DNA from: Methanomassiliicoccaceae archaeon
GTDB taxonomy: Archaea > Thermoplasmatota > Thermoplasmata > Methanomassiliicoccales > Methanomethylophilaceae
Assembly (NCBI GenBank): GCA_003557905.1
Contig: PWNH01000132.1
Location: 2,920-66,919, forward strand
Reading direction: 5' to 3'
Length of the DNA: 64,000 bases
Shown here in pieces: positions 1 through 8,315 of the stretch. The notes beneath the pieces are model-generated. The model saw nothing but the letters and a program-made list of their open reading frames with translations, did no database searches and was not told the origin of the DNA. Numbering within the stretch: position 1 is the first letter of the stretch; every line of letters begins with the position of its first letter. Made by a program: the position numbers and the translations under genes.

Positions 1-75
1 GGGAGTTGGGCATACCTTGCAGGGTGGAGACCTTGGACGTGATTGCAATAAACGACTGATATTCGAGGAATTGAA

Positions 76-369
76 ATGGTTCAGGCATCCAGAGGGACTA
101 GGAAAAGGACCCGCAGCATGATGAGGAAGAGCCCCCGCGATCGCGGGCACTCCCCCGTTACTAGGGAGTTCCAGAGCTTCGAGAAGGGTGAGAAGGTCAA
201 CATCGTCATCGACCCCAGTGTCCACAAGGGTATGCCTTTCTCCCGCTTCCAGGGACTTACCGGCACCGTAGACTGTCGTCAGGGAGCGGCTGTGGTAGTC
301 CACGTCAAATCCGGCAACAAGATGAAGACCGTCGTGGCAAGGCCTGAACACCTTACCAAGGTCAACTGA
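76..369 (+). CDS. rpl21e: 50S ribosomal protein L21e
   Basis: 97-aa ORF with ATG at 76. Basic N-terminus MVQASRGTRKRTR and KGMPFSRFQGLTGTV core are typical of L21e. First gene of the conserved archaeal L21e-Rpo4-DUF655-KsgA cluster. Confidence 0.9.
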   Translation: MVQASRGTRKRTRSMMRKSPRDRGHSPVTREFQSFEKGEKVNIVIDPSVHKGMPFSRFQGLTGTVDCRQGAAVVVHVKSGNKMKTVVARPEHLTKVN

Positions 370-379
370 GGTGCTTAAA

Positions 380-700
380 ATGAACAAAGGCCGTTATGTA
401 AGCCTCGCGGAGGCGAAGCAGATGCTGGACAAGGAGAGCGAGCTCCGCGACCTCACCCCCGACCAGCGGGCGGCCCAGGAGCACGCTGGCAAGATCGCCA
501 AACTCTCCGAGGACGACTCCAAGAGGGTCGTCGCGGACGTTCTGGCCCTTGGTTTCGCCAGCGAGATGGTGGCCATCAAGGTCGCCGACATCATGCCCCA
601 GCACCCCGAGGACGTCCGTGCCCTCTTCGCCAAGGAGAGGATGGTCCTTGAGAAAACCCACATAGACCAGATAATTGATATAGTCGTCAAGTACCTCTAG
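380..700 (+). CDS. rpoF: DNA-directed RNA polymerase subunit Rpo4 (RpoF)
   Basis: About 107 aa, colinear by eye with archaeal RpoF (VSLAEAKQML, EHAGKIAKLS, ALFAKER). ATG at 380 is preceded by GGTG (370-373); in-frame GTG at 371 is an alternative start. Ends in TAG at 698-700. Confidence 0.75.
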   Translation: MNKGRYVSLAEAKQMLDKESELRDLTPDQRAAQEHAGKIAKLSEDDSKRVVADVLALGFASEMVAIKVADIMPQHPEDVRALFAKERMVLEKTHIDQIIDIVVKYL

Positions 701-721
701 ACCTGGTACGGGGTTGATTCT

Positions 722-1270
722 TTGGAAGACTATGCTTACATTCTAGATTATTTAGCCCAGGGTCTGCCTACCAACACCTTCAACAAACGTGAGCCGTTGT
801 GTTATGCCTTGGGGGAGTCGGAGTTCAAACTGTTCGAACTTGTGCCCATAGAGAAGGCGATCATCAACATCGGTGAGCGCGTCTATATCGGCAAGGATTC
901 CGCCACACGCGACAAGATAAGCCACGTCAAGAGAAGGGTGGGATACAACGAACTCACCCACGCCGCACAGGCGGAGATGGAGTTCGTCGTGCTCGACATC
1001 GTCAAGGCCAATGAAGGGAGGTTCGTCACCTTCTTGAACAAGGCGGAGAGCATCAGCACCAAGAAGCACATGCTCGAGGAACTCCCCGGGCTGGGCAAGA
1101 AGACGATGTGGGCCATCGTGGAGGAGAGGAAGAAGGGAGCATTCACAAACTTCGAGGACCTCGTGAAGAGGGTACCCTCGGTGAAACACCCTGAGAAGCT
1201 CGTATCCAAGCGTATAGAGATCGAGCTCTCCGACCCCGGGCAGAAGTACCGTCTCTTCGTGGCGCGATGA
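722..1270 (+). CDS. DUF655-family OB-fold / helix-hairpin-helix protein
   Basis: 182 aa. MEDYAYILDYL N-terminus and LPGLGKKTMWAIVEERKKGAFTNFEDL HhH-like segment match the gene that normally follows rpoF in archaea. The only available start is TTG at 722. Its stop overlaps the ksgA start (ATGA at 1267-1270). Confidence 0.7.
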   Translation: MEDYAYILDYLAQGLPTNTFNKREPLCYALGESEFKLFELVPIEKAIINIGERVYIGKDSATRDKISHVKRRVGYNELTHAAQAEMEFVVLDIVKANEGRFVTFLNKAESISTKKHMLEELPGLGKKTMWAIVEERKKGAFTNFEDLVKRVPSVKHPEKLVSKRIEIELSDPGQKYRLFVAR

Positions 1271-2055
1271 CCAGGGAAAGCAGACGCCAGGCCGAGCCCA
1301 TCTTCAAACCCCGCAAGAGCCGGGGCCAGAACTTTCTGATCGACGGGAGGGTCGCCGACCGTCAGGTGGCTTACGCGGACATCGGCGCGGACGACGTCGT
1401 ACTGGAGGTGGGGCCCGGCTACGGTGTGCTCACTGAGAGACTTGTCGAGAAGGCGTCCGCACTGCACGCCATCGAGTTGGAGCCGGAACTGGCCGAGCAC
1501 AACCGCCAACGCTTCGCGGGACGTTTGAATCTTATCGAGGGCGATGCGCTGAAGATCGAGTGGCCTCGCTTCGACGTGTTCGTGAGTAACCTTCCTTACA
1601 GCATATCCACTCCGATGATATTCCGTATCCTGGACCATGACTTCCGCCGCGCGGTGGTGATGGTGCAGAAGGAGTTCGCCGACCGCATGGTCGCTGAGCA
1701 CGGAACGCTGGACTACTCCCGCCTCTCTGTCGGCGTGTACTACCGCTGCTACGCGGAGATCGTCGAGACCGTGCCGCCATCACGGTTCCGTCCCCGTCCC
1801 AAGGTGGACTCGGCCATCGTGGTCCTAACCCCGAGGCCGCCGCCATTCCCGGTCAAGGACCTGGCCCTTTTCCAGGACGTGGTGAACCGCACGTTCCAGC
1901 ACCGGCGCAAGACCATACGCTCCGCGCTGAGGACCCATGAACTCCTTCCTGAGGATGAGGCCGACATCCCCTATCTCGACGAGAGGGTGGAGGCCCTCCG
2001 CCCCGAGGAGATAGGCGAGCTCGCCGATGCCCTGTTCGAGGCGTTAAAAGATTAA
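1267..2055 (+). CDS. ksgA: 16S rRNA (adenine-N6,N6)-dimethyltransferase KsgA/Dim1
   Basis: 262 aa. GQNFL, SAM-binding VLEVGPGYGVLT and NLPYSISTP motifs of the KsgA/Dim1 family. Confidence 0.9.
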   Translation: MTRESRRQAEPIFKPRKSRGQNFLIDGRVADRQVAYADIGADDVVLEVGPGYGVLTERLVEKASALHAIELEPELAEHNRQRFAGRLNLIEGDALKIEWPRFDVFVSNLPYSISTPMIFRILDHDFRRAVVMVQKEFADRMVAEHGTLDYSRLSVGVYYRCYAEIVETVPPSRFRPRPKVDSAIVVLTPRPPPFPVKDLALFQDVVNRTFQHRRKTIRSALRTHELLPEDEADIPYLDERVEALRPEEIGELADALFEALKD

Positions 2056-2084
2056 ATGGGACCGACGTATGACTGATTGATAGT

Positions 2085-3272
2085 ATGCAGATCGGCATCG
2101 TCGGAAAACCCAATGTGGGAAAGTCCACCTTCTTCTGCGCCGCCACCATGGCCAGCGTGGAGATAGCCAACTACCCTTTCACCACCATTGAGGCCAACAA
2201 AGGGGTCGCCTATCTGCGCGCCCCCTGTCCCTGCAAGGAACTGAACATCCAGTGTCAACCCCGCAACTCGGCCTGTGTCGATGGTGTCCGTATGATACCC
2301 GTGGAATTGCTGGACGTGGCCGGGCTGGTCCCCGATGCCTGGCAGGGGAAGGGTCTGGGCAATCAGTTCCTCGACGACCTCCGCCAGGCGGATGCCCTGA
2401 TAAACCTCGTGGACGCCTCGGGTTCCACGGACATCGAGGGGAATCCCGTGGACATCGGCAGCAACGACCCCGTGGAGGACGTGAAGTTCCTGGAGAACGA
2501 GGTCGACCGCTGGATAGCGGGGATCATCGGCAAGGGTTTCGACCGTATCGCCCGGCAGGCTCATCTGCAGGGCACCAAGATAGAGGCGGCCCTCCACGAG
2601 AGACTCACCGGCCTGGCGGTCAGTGAGCTGGCCATCATCCAGGCCCTGCGCGATGTGAAGCCGCCGGCCAACCCCCAGGATTGGGATGATGACGTGATAT
2701 TGGCGATCGCCTCCTCCATCAGAAGGAAGGGTAAGCCGATGATAGTGGCCATGAACAAGGCCGATGTCGCATCCGAGGACAACCTGGATCGCCTGCAGCA
2801 AGGTGATGGGGACTACGTGCCCACCATGGCCGAGGCGGAGTTGGCGTTACGCCGCGCCGAGAAGGCTGGTGTGCTCACGTACATACCCGGTGACGATTCT
2901 TTCACTGTGAAACCGGAAATCAACCTGAACGAAGGACAGAAGAAGGCCTTGGATTACATCGCCCAGAACATGAAACGATTCGGCGGTACAGGAGTCCAGA
3001 CCTGCCTGGAGAAGGCGGCCTACGGTATGCTCGACCTGATCGTCTGCTATCCGGTGGAGGATGAGGGCAAACTCACCGACCATGACGGCCGTGTCCTCCC
3101 CGATGCATTCCTCATGAGGCGTGGGGCCACCGCCAAGGATCTGGCGTTCAAGGTCCATACGGATCTCGGCGAGGGGTTCATACGCGGTGTCAACGCCCGG
3201 ACCAAACGGGTGGTAGGGCATGATTATGAACTCCAGGAAGGGGACATCATCAAGATAATCTCCCGGAAGTGA
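2085..3272 (+). CDS. YchF/OLA1-type P-loop GTPase/ATPase with C-terminal TGS domain
   Basis: 395 aa. GIVGKPNVGKST P-loop, NYPFTTIEANKG, DVAGLV, NKAD, and a C-terminal TGS-like end (LQEGDIIKI). Confidence 0.85.
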   Translation: MQIGIVGKPNVGKSTFFCAATMASVEIANYPFTTIEANKGVAYLRAPCPCKELNIQCQPRNSACVDGVRMIPVELLDVAGLVPDAWQGKGLGNQFLDDLRQADALINLVDASGSTDIEGNPVDIGSNDPVEDVKFLENEVDRWIAGIIGKGFDRIARQAHLQGTKIEAALHERLTGLAVSELAIIQALRDVKPPANPQDWDDDVILAIASSIRRKGKPMIVAMNKADVASEDNLDRLQQGDGDYVPTMAEAELALRRAEKAGVLTYIPGDDSFTVKPEINLNEGQKKALDYIAQNMKRFGGTGVQTCLEKAAYGMLDLIVCYPVEDEGKLTDHDGRVLPDAFLMRRGATAKDLAFKVHTDLGEGFIRGVNARTKRVVGHDYELQEGDIIKIISRK

Positions 3273-3276
3273 TACC

Positions 3277-5673
3277 ATGCGACAATGGGATGTGAGACTG
3301 CTGAGCGCCTCCTACAGGCAGGAGGGAGAGGATATGATCCTGGAGCTGTTCGGCAAGACCCGGGACGGACGCTCCATGACCGTCATCGACCGCAGCGGTT
3401 TCCGCCCTTATTTCTTCATCGTCGATGCCAGCGAGGATGTGAAACAAGGTCTGCGCAAGGACCCGGAGGTCAGGGGGGTCGAGGACCTGAAACTCCTCCA
3501 CAGAGGACGGGATAGGGATGTGACGAAGGTCACCATACTCTACCCTTACAAAGTGCCGGAATACCGCAACAAGCTCAAGGCCAGATTCGAGATACTGGCT
3601 GCGGACATCCCATTCCATCACCGTTTCATCTACGACCGGGACATGGCATCGTGCATACGCGTCAGCGGTGAGGAGACGCCCGGCGACTACACCACCGAGC
3701 TGGTGGTGCAGATGTCATCCTTCGAGAACATCGAACCTTTCAACCCCCGCCTCAAAATCCTGAGCTTCGACATCGAGAACTCCATTCGCGACGACACCAT
3801 CTATACAATCTGCTACGTGGTGGACAACGGTGACGGCATGGAGGAGAGGCCGGCCCTGCGCGGCACCGAGCGTGAGATAATCACCGGATTCACAAAGGCC
3901 ATACAGGACGAGGATCCCGACGTCATCAGCGGGTACAACATCGACAACTACGACATCCCCAAGATAATGGAGAGGGCCAAGGTCAACAAGGTCGAGTCCC
4001 TTCCCTGGGGGCGGGAGGGTTCCGAACCCCGCCAAGCGGGAAAGCGGTTCTGGAAGGTCAAGGGCAGACTCATCGTCGACGCTTGGTGGGCCGCTAAACG
4101 TGAGCTTCATCCCAAACAGGAGACTCTGAACGCGGTCTCGATGCTCGTCCTCGGCGAGCAGAAGATGGACGTGGACCCCAAGAAGATAGACGAGGAATGG
4201 AGGTCCGACCCCGACAAGGTCGTCTGCTACTGCGCCAAGGATGCGGAGCTTTCCGGCAGGATACTCAGCGCCGTGGGCTCGTTGCGGAAGGGGATGGACC
4301 TGGCCGCGGTCTCCATGCTCCCCGTTGAGGATGTGCTCTCCTCCGGATCGTCGCAGTTGATCGACTCCATCCTCATCAGGCGCGCCGACCGTGAGGGGGT
4401 GGCGGTCCCGTTGACCGGGGGGTTCCAGCGGAACGACCAGATCGAAGGCGGCTATGTGCACACCATCGAACCCGGACTTTATCATTGGGTCTGCGTGCTG
4501 GACTTCAAGTCGATGTACCCCTCGCTGATCATATCCAACAACATTTGTTTCACCACCCTGAGCCGCGACGGCGACATCGTCAGTCCCAGCGGCGCGAGGT
4601 TCCTGTCCCCGGAAAGACGTGAGGGCCTCCTCCCCGCCATCCTGCGTGAGCTCATGCAGAAGAGGGACGAGACCAAGTCTTTGGCCAAGAAGTCCTCCAC
4701 AGAGGACGAGAGACGCTATTACGGTGGTCTGCAGGAGGCGGTCAAGGTGCTGATGAACTCCGTCTACGGGGTTTTCGCCTCATCCTTCTACCGCTTCACT
4801 GACAAGAGCATCGGCAGCAGCATCACCGCATTCGCCCGCGAGACGGTCAAGAACATAATCACCGAACTCGACAAGGAGGGTGTCACGGTCATATACTCCG
4901 ATACCGACTCGGTCTTCATCCAGTCCCCTTATTCCGACCTCGAGAGCACCAAGGAGTTCGGGGAGGGTGTCGCCAAACGCTACACCCGTGCCGGGGGGCA
5001 GCTGGAGTTCGAGAAGATAATGGAGCCTCTCTTCTCCCACGGCAAGAAGAAGAGGTACGTCGGTCGTGTGGTCTGGCCGGAGAGGGAGGACATGCTGGTG
5101 CGCGGTTATGAGATCAGGCGCACCGATACCTTCGACCTGCTCAGCGAACTCCTCACCGGCGTTTTCGAGAGGATATTGGATGAGGACCAGGACGGCGCTG
5201 TGGCCCTGGCCCGTAAGATGGTCCAGGAGACATTGGAGGGCAAGGTCCCCTATGAGAAACTGGTCATCTCCCGGACATGCCAGGCCTTCCACACCTACAA
5301 GGAGCCCGATCGAATGGCGAACGTCCAGGCGGCGAGGAAGATCATCGAACTCGGTTATGAATTCATACCGGGTATGAAGGTCTCCTGGATAGTCACCAAC
5401 GCCAACAAGGTCCCGCAGGAGGTCGAGCCGTTCATACCCGGCCGTGAGGCAGAGATAGTCCCCGATCTTCGATATTACGCCGAGAGGCTCGCCCATGTCA
5501 CCGCCCGTGTCACCGAGGTTTTCGGATGGAAGGAGAACGACCTGATGCTGGGAAGCCAGCAGTCCACCCTCTTCGATTCATCCTTCAGCGGGGGAGGTGC
5601 GCAGAGGACCGCGCCCGCGAAGAAGGAGGCCCCGAAGCCGAAAGGCAAGGGCCCTTCACTCTTTGATTTCTGA
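3277..5673 (+). CDS. polB: Family B DNA polymerase
   Basis: 798 aa. Exo I (LSFDIEN), Exo II (SGYNIDNYDIPKI), Exo III (YCAKDAEL), Pol A (DFKSMYPSLI), Pol B (KVLMNSVYG) and Pol C (YSDTDS) motifs all present and contiguous. No intein-sized insert. Confidence 0.95.
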   Translation: MRQWDVRLLSASYRQEGEDMILELFGKTRDGRSMTVIDRSGFRPYFFIVDASEDVKQGLRKDPEVRGVEDLKLLHRGRDRDVTKVTILYPYKVPEYRNKLKARFEILAADIPFHHRFIYDRDMASCIRVSGEETPGDYTTELVVQMSSFENIEPFNPRLKILSFDIENSIRDDTIYTICYVVDNGDGMEERPALRGTEREIITGFTKAIQDEDPDVISGYNIDNYDIPKIMERAKVNKVESLPWGREGSEPRQAGKRFWKVKGRLIVDAWWAAKRELHPKQETLNAVSMLVLGEQKMDVDPKKIDEEWRSDPDKVVCYCAKDAELSGRILSAVGSLRKGMDLAAVSMLPVEDVLSSGSSQLIDSILIRRADREGVAVPLTGGFQRNDQIEGGYVHTIEPGLYHWVCVLDFKSMYPSLIISNNICFTTLSRDGDIVSPSGARFLSPERREGLLPAILRELMQKRDETKSLAKKSSTEDERRYYGGLQEAVKVLMNSVYGVFASSFYRFTDKSIGSSITAFARETVKNIITELDKEGVTVIYSDTDSVFIQSPYSDLESTKEFGEGVAKRYTRAGGQLEFEKIMEPLFSHGKKKRYVGRVVWPEREDMLVRGYEIRRTDTFDLLSELLTGVFERILDEDQDGAVALARKMVQETLEGKVPYEKLVISRTCQAFHTYKEPDRMANVQAARKIIELGYEFIPGMKVSWIVTNANKVPQEVEPFIPGREAEIVPDLRYYAERLAHVTARVTEVFGWKENDLMLGSQQSTLFDSSFSGGGAQRTAPAKKEAPKPKGKGPSLFDF

Positions 5674-5717
5674 AACGGGCGTAAACGCCTTTTACCCCGA
5701 ACATCCATGTTCTAACC

Positions 5718-6479
5718 ATGCCCGACCGTTGGCCCGAGGTACCGGGGGATTATCAGACAGGTGATGGGCGATCCCCAGTCGCCATAGCGATAATAGGAAG
5801 GGCCTTGGCAGACGTGCCATCCGATTGCTACCATATCATGGGGACCCTCCGATCTGCGAACATCGGAGTGGAGAAGATCATAGTCAATATGTTGTCCAAT
5901 CCCCGCCTGAGATTCTTATTGGTATGTGGCAGGGAGGATGGTCACTACCCGGGCGATGCGCTTCTGAAGTTGGCAGAGAACGGAGTGGACGACAACGGAA
6001 ACATAATCGGGGCCCTGGCCCAGTTCCCATGCCTTCCCGACATTGGACGTGATGTTGTGGAGAGATTCCGTTCACAGGTTGAGGTTGTCGACCTTCTGTA
6101 CCCTAAGGAATCGGAGGGGGAGATAGACTGGGAGGACCCTCTGTACATCTTCGACGAGGAACGGAACCGTGAATTAGAGGCCACCGCCCGTCATTGTCTG
6201 CTCAGGGATCCCGGCACCTATCCTGATGGTCCTATGCGGATTTCAATACCGGGAATCATTATGAAGCGGGATTTGGGCGATATGCTGAATTCCGAGGTCG
6301 GCCGCATGACGGACCTCATGCTTCGCATGCCTGACGATGGGTTGACGGCAGGATCACTCAACATCACCATCTCCGAGGAATTCGCTTTGGTCATCGACCC
6401 CATCGACGGACTGCTTCTTGAGGTTCCCACAGTTGAATTCCACAGACGGTTCAAATCCTATCTCACCGGCGATGAGTGA
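5718..6479 (+). CDS. MtrA-like (tetrahydromethanopterin S-methyltransferase subunit A family) corrinoid-binding protein, soluble form
   Basis: 253 aa. WPEVPGDYQTGDGRSPVAIAIIG, NIGVEKIIVNMLSNPRLRFLLVCGREDGHYPGDALLKLAENGVD and VVERFRSQVEVVDLL are colinear with the MtrA cytoplasmic domain. There is no C-terminal hydrophobic helix. Confidence 0.6.
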   Translation: MPDRWPEVPGDYQTGDGRSPVAIAIIGRALADVPSDCYHIMGTLRSANIGVEKIIVNMLSNPRLRFLLVCGREDGHYPGDALLKLAENGVDDNGNIIGALAQFPCLPDIGRDVVERFRSQVEVVDLLYPKESEGEIDWEDPLYIFDEERNRELEATARHCLLRDPGTYPDGPMRISIPGIIMKRDLGDMLNSEVGRMTDLMLRMPDDGLTAGSLNITISEEFALVIDPIDGLLLEVPTVEFHRRFKSYLTGDE

Positions 6480-6555
6480 GATCGGAAAACATCGCACCGT
6501 GCGAGGGTTCCCTATGTTGTATTCGGACGTTACCCCGAACCATTAACGAATCGCC

Positions 6556-6933
6556 TTAGAATCGATCCGGGAAATTGAACCTCTCCACCGCCCTAGCACC
6601 GCCGATCATGCCCATTATCCACACTATAGGATAGAGTATGAAGCCCACAAATATGACCATGGATGCCGCGGCAAGTATGGCAGCCAGTAGGAACACTATC
6701 CCGGTACCCCACTCTCCAGCGTACATATGACCCACCCCTGGTATAAGAAATGCCAGGGCCACCGCGATGGCTGGGCTGCGCTGCGGACGGGACTTCGGAG
6801 GTGCCAGACCTCCTGATTCTGACCCGAGTTCAGGTCTCTGATGATACCCGCATCTCGGACAGTACGTCGAACCGAGGTCCAAAGTTGAACCGCAGTTCAC
6901 GCATGATGATTCGAAACCGCTCTTCTTCCCCAT
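6556..6933 (-). CDS. Zinc-ribbon membrane protein (TM2-like PGxGxxYxG motif)
   Basis: 125 aa. N-terminal CxxC...CxxC (CVNCGSTLDLGSTYCPRCG), then two or three hydrophobic helices with LIPGVGHMYAGEWGTG. Confidence 0.6.
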   Translation of the reverse strand: MGKKSGFESSCVNCGSTLDLGSTYCPRCGYHQRPELGSESGGLAPPKSRPQRSPAIAVALAFLIPGVGHMYAGEWGTGIVFLLAAILAAASMVIFVGFILYPIVWIMGMIGGARAVERFNFPDRF

Positions 6934-7143
6934 GATGGTTGAATGTGTGCTTTTTTATTATAATCCTTGTCAACGTTCACTTGAACAAATGATCGCCAAC
7001 GGTTTGTGGTATGCCGCTTTAAAATGAATCGGATGAGACGATCATGTGGGATTTGGAACCTGTTGACATTTTTCTCCAACCTTGAAACTGATCACGTTGA
7101 TGGATGATGTTATTATCTGTGTGCCATACTCTAAAACTATTTT

Positions 7144-7533
7144 TCAGGACACTCTTTTCGAGAGAAGGGCATCGATCACCGCATATGACCATATCGCGAT
7201 ATATGGCAGGAAGGCCACGAAGACCAATGCCGCTCCGTCGCCGATGTGGGCGTTCGCTGCGGAGGCTTTGATGGCATCATAGGATGATATTGAGAACGCC
7301 ATCATCGCGGCGGAAAGGACCACGAGCACCATCCCCCTCCAGGACTCCCCTTTGGATATCTGACCCATACCAGGGACGACCGCTGAGAACAATGCGTGTA
7401 TGAAACCTTCCCGTATCCTCTCCTTGAGGATGTCCTTCAACCCCCTGGACCCGAATGAGTTGTCCGCCCCCGCCGAGGGAATGTTCATGTGTTCCAATCC
7501 ACATCCCGATGATAAAACCCCTTTGCCGGCCAC
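7144..7533 (-). CDS. Small membrane protein with related PGxGQ motif
   Basis: 129 aa. VVPGMGQISKGESWRG followed by hydrophobic helices. Start uncertain: GTG at 7533 or ATG at 7488. Confidence 0.5.
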   Translation of the reverse strand: MAGKGVLSSGCGLEHMNIPSAGADNSFGSRGLKDILKERIREGFIHALFSAVVPGMGQISKGESWRGMVLVVLSAAMMAFSISSYDAIKASAANAHIGDGAALVFVAFLPYIAIWSYAVIDALLSKRVS

Positions 7534-7555
7534 AAGTGATTTGCAACCGGAGAAG

Positions 7556-7564
7556 TTTTAAATA
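7556..7564. promoter_or_regulatory. TATA-like element TTTTAAATA shared by divergent genes (membrane protein and rpl15e)
   Basis: The only strong AT-rich box in the 131-nt divergent spacer. It is about 25 nt from the GTG at 7533 on the minus strand and about 100 nt upstream of the rpl15e ATG. Confidence 0.35.
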
Positions 7565-7591
7565 GTCTGCAATAATCCGTCAAAGGTAGTG

Positions 7592-7607
7592 ACGGGACTA
7601 GTCCCGT
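7592..7607. repeat. Perfect 16-nt palindrome ACGGGACTAGTCCCGT in the rpl15e leader
   Basis: Read directly. Lies between the TATA-like box and the rpl15e start. Confidence 0.5.
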
Positions 7608-7664
7608 TGGAGATGTGCCCCTAAAGGGTGAATCCATAAACGCCGGAAACGGCAGGTGATACAA

Positions 7665-8294
7665 ATGGCGAAGCAGTTTGATGAGGATGCCGCCCCGACA
7701 GTGAAGGGGAAGAGCATGTACCAATACATAGCCGATGCCTGGAAGAAACCAGGCGAGGGCTATATGAAAGAATTGTCCCTGCAGAGAAGGATCAAGTGGC
7801 GCCGCGAGGAGAACTTCTCCCGTGTTGAGAGGCCCACCCGTCTGGACCGTGCCCGCAAGCTCGGGTACAAGGCCAAGCAGGGATACGTCGTCGTCCGCGG
7901 TCGTGTCCGCAAGGGTTCTCTGCACAAGAGGACCATAAAAGGCGGTCGCCGTGCAAAGCGCAAGGGAGTCACCAAGATCACCGGTGGCAAGAGCCTGCAG
8001 CGCATCTGTGAGGAGAGGACGCAGAAGAGGTACCCCAACCTTGAGGTCCTGAACTCCTACTGGGTCGGACAGGACGGTCACCACGAGTGGTACGAGGTCA
8101 TACTGGTCGACCCTCACCACCCGGTCATAAAGGCAGACCCCAAGATCAACTGGATCTCCGGGGGATCCCACAAGGGCCGTGTCTACCGCGGTAAGACCTC
8201 TGCTGGTAAGCGTGGTCGCGGTCTGCACAAGAAGGGTAAGGGAACGGAGAAGATCCGCCCCTCCATCCGGGCCAACAAGAGTCTCGGGAAGTAA
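7665..8294 (+). CDS. rpl15e: 50S ribosomal protein L15e
   Basis: [42 protein letters not shown] and a highly basic C-terminus. ATG at 7665 follows AGGTGA. GTG at 7656 and ATG at 7716 are alternative starts. Confidence 0.9.
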   Translation: MAKQFDEDAAPTVKGKSMYQYIADAWKKPGEGYMKELSLQRRIKWRREENFSRVERPTRLDRARKLGYKAKQGYVVVRGRVRKGSLHKRTIKGGRRAKRKGVTKITGGKSLQRICEERTQKRYPNLEVLNSYWVGQDGHHEWYEVILVDPHHPVIKADPKINWISGGSHKGRVYRGKTSAGKRGRGLHKKGKGTEKIRPSIRANKSLGK

Positions 8295-8315
8295 GGCTTA
8301 GTCCCGAAAACGAGA

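Noticed and set aside
1-75. GTGATTG-N11-CTGA near the window start, as the 3' half of a C/D box sRNA.
   Set aside because: The C'-like box is degenerate and the 5' half would lie outside the window. It cannot be supported from this sequence.
3277-5673. Searched polB for inteins or a split gene.
   Set aside because: All exonuclease and polymerase motifs are contiguous in a 798-aa product. There is no insert after the Pol motifs and no homing-endonuclease-like block.
6897-7079. 60-aa ORF (MEKNVNRFQIPHDRL...) in the AT-rich spacer.
   Set aside because: It overlaps the start of the zinc-ribbon gene and its promoter. Its AT-rich composition is unlike all supported genes here, and it has no motif.
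6934-7143. Possible C/D box sRNA or other small RNA in the 210-nt AT-rich spacer (TGATGGATGATG and CTGA elements). The same idea was considered for 9620-9847.
   Set aside because: No properly spaced C (RUGAUGA) / D' / C' / D (CUGA) arrangement of 50-70 nt could be assembled. The boxes are in the wrong order or too far apart. The elements are compatible with plain promoter DNA.
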